Assembly: GCA_913061365.1 (NCBI GenBank)
Contig: CAJXUT010000004.1
Span: 6,748 to 38,747 of the forward strand
Origin: an uncultured Colwellia sp.
GTDB taxonomy: Bacteria > Pseudomonadota > Gammaproteobacteria > Enterobacterales > Alteromonadaceae
Reading direction: 5' to 3'
DNA length: 32,000 bases
The notes beneath the pieces were generated by a model that worked only from the letters and a program-made list of their open reading frames with translations, did no database searches and was not told the DNA's origin. Within the stretch, counting starts at the first letter, position 1. The number at the start of each line of letters is the position of its first letter. The translations under genes and the position numbers were made by a program. Positions 25,612-31,464 of the stretch are shown here, piece by piece.

Positions 25612-25754
25612 GGGTTGAATGCTGAGCAACGAACGAGCTTAAAATACCTTACCATATCCTTCTTTCTCTGCATAAACCGTTAAGTTATTGATTTGACGTG
25701 ATAACGTTACTGTAGAAAGCGTGGTTTTTCCAAGCGAAATATAGTGTTATGTTA

Positions 25755-26012
25755 CTAAACCAAGTCTAGCAAACTAAATACTACAAACCCTTCTTTCTGC
25801 TCATAGTTTGTTATAAATCCAATTCGCTTTGTTATTGTTCTACCAGAATAATGCGGAGCTTCGTCGCTATATTCATGCATAACAATAAAATCACCTTTTT
25901 TGTAACCCCTGTCATCAAATCTAATTTCAAACTTCTTAGTTCCAGCAAGCACAGGTTCAAAAAAACGCTTTAATATTCTAAGGTTGTGGCAATTAACTTT
26001 TTCCATGTTCAT
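25755..26012 (-). CDS. DUF3850 / ASCH-like (PUA-fold) domain protein
   Basis: HNLRILKRFFEPVLAGTKKFEIRFDDRGYKKGDFIVMHEY...YSGRTITKRIGFI...EGFVVFSL follows the DUF3850 pattern (H.LK....F..v..G.K.FEiR.nDR.y..GD.l.l.E......tGr.....I..i.....egyv). Confidence 0.7.
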   Translation of the reverse strand: MNMEKVNCHNLRILKRFFEPVLAGTKKFEIRFDDRGYKKGDFIVMHEYSDEAPHYSGRTITKRIGFITNYEQKEGFVVFSLLDLV

Positions 26013-26099
26013 GATTATTTCTCCAATTCAATATTTGTAACGGTAACATAACAAAATAAATCAAGCGGATTTCGTACCTCAACGCGCTTATTTAAACGG

Positions 26100-26348
26100 T
26101 TAGTTTGCTTTAATATCAGGTAGTGTTTCTATCCACTCAAAAACGTCTTGAGAATTATCTAATTCCATAGTAGTTTCAAAGTTTACGTTTTTATCTGCTT
26201 CCCATACTCTATTTTCTAGAGCTTCGCTAAATGTAAATACATAACCGTTAGCGTAACCTTCTGGGACAGGACAACGTCTCTCATACTTAGCACTAATTGG
26301 AGTTATCCCTTTATCTCCTAGCTTTTTAACCATTTTTGCAATAGCCAT
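26100..26348 (-). CDS. Hypothetical 82-aa protein (accessory island)
   Basis: ORF only; acidic C-terminus; no motif recognised. Confidence 0.45.
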   Translation of the reverse strand: MAIAKMVKKLGDKGITPISAKYERRCPVPEGYANGYVFTFSEALENRVWEADKNVNFETTMELDNSQDVFEWIETLPDIKAN

Positions 26349-26360
26349 CGTAATACCCCT

Positions 26361-26450
26361 TTAAATTAAATTTACTATAGCTACGATAACGACAGTTACC
26401 ATACCACCAGTAGCGTACCCAACCCAAAAACTGTAACTTTCTACTTTCAT
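26361..26450 (-). CDS. Possible 29-aa hydrophobic peptide (below the ORF-track size cut-off)
   Basis: Hand translation gives MKVESYSFWVGYATGGMVTVVIVAIVNLI then TAA at 26361-26363. An in-frame ATG at 26459 would add MGL. It lies 12 nt upstream of the next gene; the RBS is weak. Confidence 0.3.
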   Translation of the reverse strand: MKVESYSFWVGYATGGMVTVVIVAIVNLI

Positions 26451-26500
26451 TAATCCCATCTTCTATCTCGCTTATATATTTGTGTAATCAGCAAAACTAA

Positions 26501-26534
26501 CAACAAAATAAACAGGGACAACTTACAGTTGCCC
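26501..26534 (-). terminator. Probable intrinsic terminator inside the accessory island
   Basis: Minus strand: GGGCAACT GTA AGTTG(T)CCC (8 bp with one bulge) followed by TGTTTATTTTGTTGTT. Confidence 0.45.
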
Positions 26535-26567
26535 GTTATTTTATAAGGTTATTCAACCTGAATAGGT

Positions 26568-26777
26568 TTAAAAATCTTTTTCGAATTTTTTAACTGTTAC
26601 TTCTTTAACTTCAGTTAATGGTGAGATTTTTTCCATGACAAGCGCAACAGCAAGATTAGTGTTAGGTGCTTCATATTCATTTACCAAATAATCCGTATTA
26701 ATGGATTTTTTATTTTTAAGTGTTGTTACGGTTACCTTGAAGAAATCTATTTTGTTTCCTCTTTTAAGTTCAAGCAT
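26568..26777 (-). CDS. Hypothetical 69-aa protein (accessory island)
   Basis: ORF overlapping the upstream gene by 8 nt and followed by a hairpin plus T-rich tail. Confidence 0.45.
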   Translation of the reverse strand: MLELKRGNKIDFFKVTVTTLKNKKSINTDYLVNEYEAPNTNLAVALVMEKISPLTEVKEVTVKKFEKDF

Positions 26778-26982
26778 GATGCACCTCCAGTTTACTATTT
26801 ACTTCTTTTAGCCATTCATACCATTTTTCAGGAATTGGTTTACCTGCATTCATGTAACGTTCAATTGCAGCTTCTATGGCCGCCTTTCTGTTGCATAGCC
26901 ACATTTCATCATCGATTAACCCTAACAGTGGTTTAGTCATATCAATACATGCCATGCTGATTGAATTTATTTGTAATTTCAC
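26770..26982 (-). CDS. Hypothetical small protein (57-70 aa; start uncertain)
   Basis: The track start at 26982 is a GTG inside the upstream gene. In-frame ATGs occur at 26955 and at 26940 (1 nt after the upstream stop). No clear RBS for any of them. Confidence 0.4.
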   Translation of the reverse strand: MKLQINSISMACIDMTKPLLGLIDDEMWLCNRKAAIEAAIERYMNAGKPIPEKWYEWLKEVNSKLEVHHA

Positions 26983-27376
26983 TTTGTATTTGAAACTTCA
27001 TGCTTTCAAAAGGCAAATGAAACATACTAACAATACCCTTCATTACAGCTTCTTCTGCGCTTGTCTCGATGAATGACTTAAGTTCTTTAGCCATTAGCTC
27101 TTGGTTATCATCAATCCAGCCTCGAATAGCATTGTCCATGCGCTCGGCTAAGAGTTCTTTAACTAATTTTTTAAATACTGAATCTTCATATATTGTTTTT
27201 GAATTAAATCCGGTACCAGTTTCTTTTCGCTGGTCTTCGAAGAAACAATCCTCAGTTGCTTTTTCAATCATAGCTACCAAAGCTTCATCAGGGATTAAAT
27301 CACCGATATCTTTAGTTAGTCGTTCTTTTATTTTTTCTTCGAATGATTGTGTTGCTGTTAAATTTGTGTTGCTCAT
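26942..27376 (-). CDS. Hypothetical 144-aa acidic protein (accessory island)
   Basis: ORF with ATGA overlap to the Q-like gene, suggesting co-translation with it. Confidence 0.5.
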   Translation of the reverse strand: MSNTNLTATQSFEEKIKERLTKDIGDLIPDEALVAMIEKATEDCFFEDQRKETGTGFNSKTIYEDSVFKKLVKELLAERMDNAIRGWIDDNQELMAKELKSFIETSAEEAVMKGIVSMFHLPFESMKFQIQSEITNKFNQHGMY

Positions 27377-27939
27377 GCCACTTCTCCCATTTTATCGTTA
27401 ACATTTTTAATTATTTCTTGTTCCCATGATGAGATAATGCGCATGATTTCTTTGCTTACTTCATCGTGGGAATTGGTGTAACTTTTATGGTCAATACCGA
27501 TAACCCTGCAACGTTCACGGCCTGATATTTTTTTACGACCATGGCCTTTGCATGTTTCGCACTCTTTGCTTGAGTTTCCTGCACTAGTTACTGACCAACC
27601 AGAGCCGTGGCACACACCGCAAACAGGCTGAGTAAATTCAAGCATTGCCGCTCTAACTAAACCATCCAAGGTGTCAGGTTTTATTTTAAATTTACGTATC
27701 TTGATAAATAACGTTACAAGCATGGTGAGCGCTTTTATTATTTGACGCTCTTTACTGCTAATACCTTCATCATGACCGCAGAATCTATACAACGCCCAAT
27801 TATAAGGCTCTTGTTTTAATCCAACTAAAGCGTGTGAAGCTGTACGCCAATCAATTACATCAAGTGAACTACCACCACCAACATTGCCAAGGTTTAATGT
27901 TTTAGGTGTCATTTTTGCTAAAAGTTTAATCGGATGCAT
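27373..27939 (-). CDS. Late-gene antiterminator Q-like protein (zinc-finger type)
   Basis: Paired C..C.G.G motifs (CGVCHGSGW and CETCKGHGR) are followed by ISGRERCRVIGID..SY, as in the phage antitermination protein Q family. Position is at the end of a nin-like block, as in lambdoid phages. Confidence 0.6.
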   Translation of the reverse strand: MHPIKLLAKMTPKTLNLGNVGGGSSLDVIDWRTASHALVGLKQEPYNWALYRFCGHDEGISSKERQIIKALTMLVTLFIKIRKFKIKPDTLDGLVRAAMLEFTQPVCGVCHGSGWSVTSAGNSSKECETCKGHGRKKISGRERCRVIGIDHKSYTNSHDEVSKEIMRIISSWEQEIIKNVNDKMGEVA

Positions 27940-28339
27940 TATCTACCCTAAGTGCTATTGCTTCTTTTATCCAAGTGAGCATTTGCCCGTTCTTTACATG
28001 CGCTGTTGTTGCTTCAATTACTATCCAACCAAGTAGCTGAGCAGTATTCATTTTTACTTTATCTTCGGTAAAACCTTTTCCCCTGGTGTGACGGCCATTA
28101 GTAAACACACCGCCATGAACTTCTAAAGCTATTTTTATGTCCGGCCATGCGTAATCAAAGCGCCATCGCCTTTCAGGGTGAAACATTATTTCTTTTTCAT
28201 GCTCGGGTAACTCTGATAAATTTATTTCTACTAATTCAGCTAACTTTCTCGCCTGCTCTTTTGCTTTAGCTTTGCTTTTTGCTTTTGGTGAAGTCATTTT
28301 CCTATACGCTTCAAGGCTGATTGACTCCATTATTACCAT
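27926..28339 (-). CDS. PD-(D/E)xK-type endonuclease (Vsr/DUF559-like fold) in the nin-like region
   Basis: RWRFDYAWPDIKIALEVHGGVFTNGRHTRGKGFTEDKVKMNTAQLLGWIVIE fits the D...E.-G..H...D..K...L...GW pattern of the restriction-endonuclease-like superfamily. Start could also be ATG at 28330. Confidence 0.5.
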   Translation of the reverse strand: MVIMESISLEAYRKMTSPKAKSKAKAKEQARKLAELVEINLSELPEHEKEIMFHPERRWRFDYAWPDIKIALEVHGGVFTNGRHTRGKGFTEDKVKMNTAQLLGWIVIEATTAHVKNGQMLTWIKEAIALRVDNASD

Positions 28340-28542
28340 CGCCTTTGGTTAATTCTTGATGTAAAGCGAGCTGCTCTTGATTCTTTCCAGTCTTCAGGTT
28401 GTTTAGCGAACCATGCCATAGCAGATTGCTTATCAAGTTTTTCAATGTTGTGCTTAGCTAAACAATCCATACGATGCCAATTCATTTTTATTGCTTCTGC
28501 CTCAGTTTGTGGGCCAAGCTTGCAAGCGTTGTGATAAGTCAT
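28333..28542 (-). CDS. Hypothetical 69-aa protein (start revised to ATG at 28542)
   Basis: ATG at 28542 forms an ATGA overlap with the YbcO-like stop (28539-28541). The longer track ORF would overlap that gene by 64 nt. Confidence 0.45.
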   Translation of the reverse strand: MTYHNACKLGPQTEAEAIKMNWHRMDCLAKHNIEKLDKQSAMAWFAKQPEDWKESRAARFTSRINQRRW

Positions 28543-28838
28543 GCGACTTTGATTAACTCCATAGAGCACAATATTTCTTGAGTTCTTTGCACACCATGCC
28601 AAGCGTAAAGCTCTGCTTTTTCCGCATCCATCAACCGAGTTCTTCTGTCAATTTCGTCATGGCAAGAGCTGCAGCAATAAGCAATATGAAGATCACTTAC
28701 CTTGCTACCCATTCCACCACCGTTACCGATATGAGCTGGTATTGTTGTTTCAGGATTAAAATTACAAATACCAGGTAGCCTAACTTGGCAATCTTGTCCT
28801 TGAGCGCTTTCACGAATTTTCTTGCTACGTACTTTCAT
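28539..28838 (-). CDS. YbcO-like (DUF1364) putative nuclease
   Basis: GQDCQVRLPGICNFNPETTIPAH...IAYCCSSCHDEIDRRT closely parallels the E. coli DLP12 prophage YbcO blocks (ECQVRIPGVCNGNPETSVLAH, ACSACHDEIDRRT) as I recall them. Confidence 0.8.
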   Translation of the reverse strand: MKVRSKKIRESAQGQDCQVRLPGICNFNPETTIPAHIGNGGGMGSKVSDLHIAYCCSSCHDEIDRRTRLMDAEKAELYAWHGVQRTQEILCSMELIKVA

Positions 28839-29287
28839 TAAAAGAAACTCACTAATTTATTGTAAATAAGCTCATCTGAGCCTTGAAAGATGTTTGCCAT
28901 TGCAGCTTGCGTTAACGCGACATAGCATTGCCTAAACTCATCCTCACCCATATTGTCGTAAGCTAAGCTTTTAGCCTCATAACCAACCGTTTTTGTGCGC
29001 AAATTAACAAACTCATTCCTGTAACCAGCTAAAATTGTTAATTGTTTTCTAAATGCATTTTTTTGAGCTCTTTCATCCATATATTGATAGTTGATTTCAG
29101 CAGCCCAATGATCAAAGCAAAAATTAAAGAACTGAAAAACTTTTTTATGAAATTCATAGTTTCTCGTTTTAGTTAATTTCGACTTAAAATACGTTCCTGT
29201 TTTTATCGACGTTAAGTAATCAGCCGTTTCATCATCAGCCGGCAGTAAAATACCGCCAGCAGTTTTCTGAAAGAAACAATCAGCCAT
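28838..29287 (-). CDS. DUF1367-like lambdoid nin-region protein (start revised to ATG at 29287)
   Basis: GGILLPADDETADYLTSIKTGTYFKSKLTKTRNYEFHKKVFQFFNFCFDHW follows the DUF1367 N-terminal pattern (P......L...K.G......F...RN..FH.K.F.L....F..W). ATG at 29287 overlaps the upstream gene by 8 nt. Confidence 0.6.
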   Translation of the reverse strand: MADCFFQKTAGGILLPADDETADYLTSIKTGTYFKSKLTKTRNYEFHKKVFQFFNFCFDHWAAEINYQYMDERAQKNAFRKQLTILAGYRNEFVNLRTKTVGYEAKSLAYDNMGEDEFRQCYVALTQAAMANIFQGSDELIYNKLVSFF

Positions 29288-29483
29288 TAAACTTCTGCAC
29301 CAAAACAACAGTTAGCAATAAAACAATAATTACCTTGGCAATATAGAGTTTAATCTCAGTAAAATTTTTGTATTGCTTTGGTGTCATAATGCTAATCAAC
29401 TCAAATTTAACTTGAGTTCGCTTGCAGCCAAGCCAGTAGATAAACAAAACAACTATTATTTCTACCAAAATTTGAATGTACAT
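29280..29483 (-). CDS. Small two-TM membrane protein
   Basis: 67-aa ORF with two hydrophobic segments (ILVEIIVVLFIYWLG and IAKVIIVLLLTVVLV). TAATG overlap with the upstream gene and 8-nt overlap with the downstream gene. Confidence 0.45.
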   Translation of the reverse strand: MYIQILVEIIVVLFIYWLGCKRTQVKFELISIMTPKQYKNFTEIKLYIAKVIIVLLLTVVLVQKFNG

Positions 29484-30145
29484 TAGGCTGCATCCTCATC
29501 TTTCAGGTTAGGAATTGAGGTTTTAGGGTGATGAGATATCGCCAAAGGCTCATGATTTATTAATTTGATATTGTCAGAGCCGTACTTATAAACTTTTCGA
29601 CACTCAGTGATATCACCAATAGTTACAGGTGGGGCAATCGCATGCATGAAACCTTGAGCAAGATTGTTTGATTCATAGTAACCAATAAGTTTGCGAGGAA
29701 ACTCTTTAACACCATGCTTGCTATGGCTGTTGTAACGTTTCTCAAATTCTCTCGCTTTAAATGGCAATTCATCTTCTTCAACAGTGCATAGCTTAGACCA
29801 CCCCCCCATATCTGCTATTGATGCATGAATAAAGCGATCGTCAAAACAAACTGTTGTCCCTCCACCAACGGAGCCGATAGCTTTTTGAACTTTAGCCCAA
29901 GCTAACATTGCTCGCGTTTCTCTGCTTCCTTCGATGTTACGAATAATATTTGCAGGCTTTGGAGCAAATTGGCCAACATCAGGATCAACAATGTGAGCAC
30001 CAAAAGCCATTTCAACAATGTGAAATTCATATTTTTCTAATGCATTCCACCAAATGTTAATCACAAGTTTGCTTGTTCGCTGCCCGTAAACCTCTAATGC
30101 GCCCGTCAGTAATTCGCTAAAAGCTTTTAGTTCGTTAGTATTCAT
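29483..30145 (-). CDS. Replication accessory protein, helicase-loader candidate with G39P-like N-terminal region
   Basis: The N-terminus (LEVYGQRTSKLVINIWWNALEKYEFHIVEMAFGAHIV....QFAPKPANIIRNI) resembles the G39P loader pattern (Y........W...L..Y.....A.......F.P..A.I). ATGA overlap with the O-like gene. No Walker motif. Confidence 0.4.
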   Translation of the reverse strand: MNTNELKAFSELLTGALEVYGQRTSKLVINIWWNALEKYEFHIVEMAFGAHIVDPDVGQFAPKPANIIRNIEGSRETRAMLAWAKVQKAIGSVGGGTTVCFDDRFIHASIADMGGWSKLCTVEEDELPFKAREFEKRYNSHSKHGVKEFPRKLIGYYESNNLAQGFMHAIAPPVTIGDITECRKVYKYGSDNIKLINHEPLAISHHPKTSIPNLKDEDAA

Positions 30146-31056
30146 GGGTTCACCTCGATTTCAGGTTGTTTGCTAGCAAGCCATTCGTCCATGGCTTGTT
30201 GGTTATGATCATTAACGCTTTGATGGCTTCTGTTAAATTGGGTGGCTGGCTGCGGCAGCGGAGTTAGCCATTTTTTATCACGAATGAATTTTGTAATACC
30301 AAAAACAAATTGCCCATTAGCCTCTGTTTTCCAATCAGGATTCGTATTTGCAGCTGAAGTTAACCAATCAAGTGCGGATTGTGCATCAAGATCAGTGAGC
30401 TTTTCAGATTTCCAGACTTTCCATGCTTGTGCGTCAGTTCCACCTTTTCGGTGAGCTGGGTATAATTTGAAAAAAGCCTTGAACTGTTTAGGTTTTTTAA
30501 TACGAGAAGATACTGGAGTTTTAGGTATGTCTTTTGTAATAGTGTCTTTTGTAATAGTGTCTTTCTTTTGTATGGGTCTAGTTTTACTTGTTTTTAAGTC
30601 TACTTGGATAGGTGCAAGGGTCTGATTAGACTTATTCAAGGGTCTAGATATACTTACTGCACTCTTCTTGTTTTGGGTCTGTTTAGACTTAAAAACCCAG
30701 TCTGAGACAATAGGGTTTATGCCCACTTTTTTCCCATCAACAATAATTATTTTTCTTTGTACTAACCTTTTTTTTACCTTGCTAATGTTATCAACACTAA
30801 TGCCGGTTAACTCTGATATTTGCTCGTAGCAAACCCAATCAAACATCTTGTTCCAACCAAATGTTTTAAACATAACAGTGTGAACAATCCGCCCTTCACT
30901 ATCGTTTAAATGAACTTTACATAACGCTAGACCAATTTCATTAGCTACCCGATAATAGCCGTTATCGATGTCTGCTTTCACGTACTCACGCCCCTGAGCT
31001 TGCTTTTGTTCTATTTCCCTTTCAGGAAAGTTGATTATTTCTGCTGAATTTGTCAT
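30142..31056 (-). CDS. Replication initiator, lambda O-like N-terminal domain, with origin iterons inside the coding sequence
   Basis: GYYRVANEIGLALCKVHLNDSEGRIVHTVMFKTFGWNKMFDWVCYEQISELTGISVDNISKVKKRLVQRKII fits the phage replication protein O N-terminal winged-helix pattern. Iterons occupy the central linker. GAGG RBS. Confidence 0.8.
   Translation of the reverse strand: MTNSAEIINFPEREIEQKQAQGREYVKADIDNGYYRVANEIGLALCKVHLNDSEGRIVHTVMFKTFGWNKMFDWVCYEQISELTGISVDNISKVKKRLVQRKIIIVDGKKVGINPIVSDWVFKSKQTQNKKSAVSISRPLNKSNQTLAPIQVDLKTSKTRPIQKKDTITKDTITKDIPKTPVSSRIKKPKQFKAFFKLYPAHRKGGTDAQAWKVWKSEKLTDLDAQSALDWLTSAANTNPDWKTEANGQFVFGITKFIRDKKWLTPLPQPATQFNRSHQSVNDHNQQAMDEWLASKQPEIEVNP
30528..30572. repeat. 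AT-rich 15-bp tandem repeat (2 full copies plus a degenerate third) flanking the iterons
   Basis: TGTCTTTTGTAATAG at 30528-30542 and 30543-30557, then TGTCTTTCTTTTGTA. It encodes KDTITKDTITKD in the O-like protein. Confidence 0.8.
30574..30690. repeat. Origin-of-replication iterons (4 copies) inside the O-like gene
   Basis: GGGTCTAGTTTTACTT (30574), GGGTCTGATTAGACTT (30618), GGGTCTAGATATACTT (30640), GGGTCTGTTTAGACTT (30675). Spacings are 44, 22 and 35 bp, roughly helical multiples. Confidence 0.65.
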
Positions 31057-31059
31057 AAT
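31031..31059 (+). promoter_or_regulatory. Plus-strand (antisense) extended -10 promoter overlapping the O-like start codon
   Basis: Plus strand: TTGATT - 17 nt - CATAAT with TG at -15/-14 (TGTCATAAT). The CAT of the -10 is the complement of the O-like ATG. Confidence 0.4.
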
Positions 31060-31075
31060 TGACCTCGTTATATTA

Positions 31076-31117
31076 AAACCGCTTTGTAATCTTTCTCAGG
31101 GATTAAGCGGTTTTTTT
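31076..31117 (+). terminator. Strong hairpin with T7 tract on the plus strand (antisense terminator; may also act weakly on the minus strand)
   Basis: Plus strand: AAACCGCTT ... AAGCGGTTT (9 bp perfect, plus an inner AATC/GATT pairing) followed by TTTTTTT. The minus-strand tail is only TTTTAATAT. Confidence 0.55.
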
Positions 31118-31123
31118 GTATCC

Positions 31124-31153
31124 GTCTGGTGGTAAAACACCAGACACCTTTTT
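31124..31153 (+). terminator. Second plus-strand hairpin with T5 tract
   Basis: Plus strand: GTCTGGTG GTAAAA CACCAGAC (8 bp perfect), then ACC TTTTT. There is no T-tract on the minus-strand side. Confidence 0.4.
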
Positions 31154-31278
31154 ACATACTGTTGTAACTTCCGAACTGGTATGCGCAATTCCTCATAACG
31201 GCCTGACAACGTGCCTACACGTCTTTCCGTAGTGTCAGTGACTTAAATTGGTTATCACACGCCTTTAATTTTTTATCG

Positions 31279-31464
31279 TTAATGCAACTTATCCATACTC
31301 AGCCCAAAACCAAGCGGTTCACGTTGCACTGTTTCAATTTGTTTGCGTGGTGGATCTGCACCACACAAGTTCACAGTATTGGCGTTGCATGGGCCAATTC
31401 TGAAAACAGGGGCTATAATCACCTGGTAAACATAACCAAATAGCCCGTATATAAATAAAATCAC
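31279..31464 (-). CDS. Possible 61-aa protein with hydrophobic N-terminus
   Basis: GTG start forming a GTGA overlap with the upstream stop. N-terminus ILFIYGLFGYVYQVIIAPVF. No other support. Confidence 0.3.
   Translation of the reverse strand: MILFIYGLFGYVYQVIIAPVFRIGPCNANTVNLCGADPPRKQIETVQREPLGFGLSMDKLH

Noticed and set aside
25527-25673. 48-codon Cys-rich basic ORF (MQRKKDMVRYFKLVRCSAFNPAQISAHCAIVRTNKMRSCAKGDLCLPE) spanning the TGCGCA array
   Set aside because: It has no Shine-Dalgarno upstream of its ATG and overlaps the start of the 207-aa gene out of frame. Its Cys/Ala codons are a direct by-product of the TGCGCA repeats. A regulatory DNA or RNA role seems more likely, but a peptide is not excluded.
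26013-26099. Promoter and weak hairpin (AAGCG...CGCTT then GATTTATTTT) between the 82-aa gene and the DUF3850 gene; likewise weak hairpin at 25715-25735
   Set aside because: The stems are only 5-6 bp with large loops or mismatches, and no -35/-10 pair with acceptable spacing was found. The evidence is too weak to call.
1026-30454. All plus-strand ORFs in the track (for example 1026-1226, 1890-2243, 5127-5384, 10537-11483 cluster, 12594-12923, 16969-17463, 18063-18511, 21915-22417, 26876-27401, 28578-28778, 30242-30454)
   Set aside because: Each lies antisense within a longer, better-supported minus-strand gene. They lack RBSs, have low-complexity or Cys/Ser/Leu-rich shadow-frame composition, and would break the uniform operon structure. 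The 164-aa ORF at 16969-17463 mirrors the acidic scaffold gene and runs through a terminator.
31121-31278. Possible tRNA or other structured RNA gene in the G+C-richer spacer
   Set aside because: I found no T-loop (GTTCGAATC-like) or D-loop signature and no acceptor-stem pairing. A tRNAscan/Infernal run would settle it.
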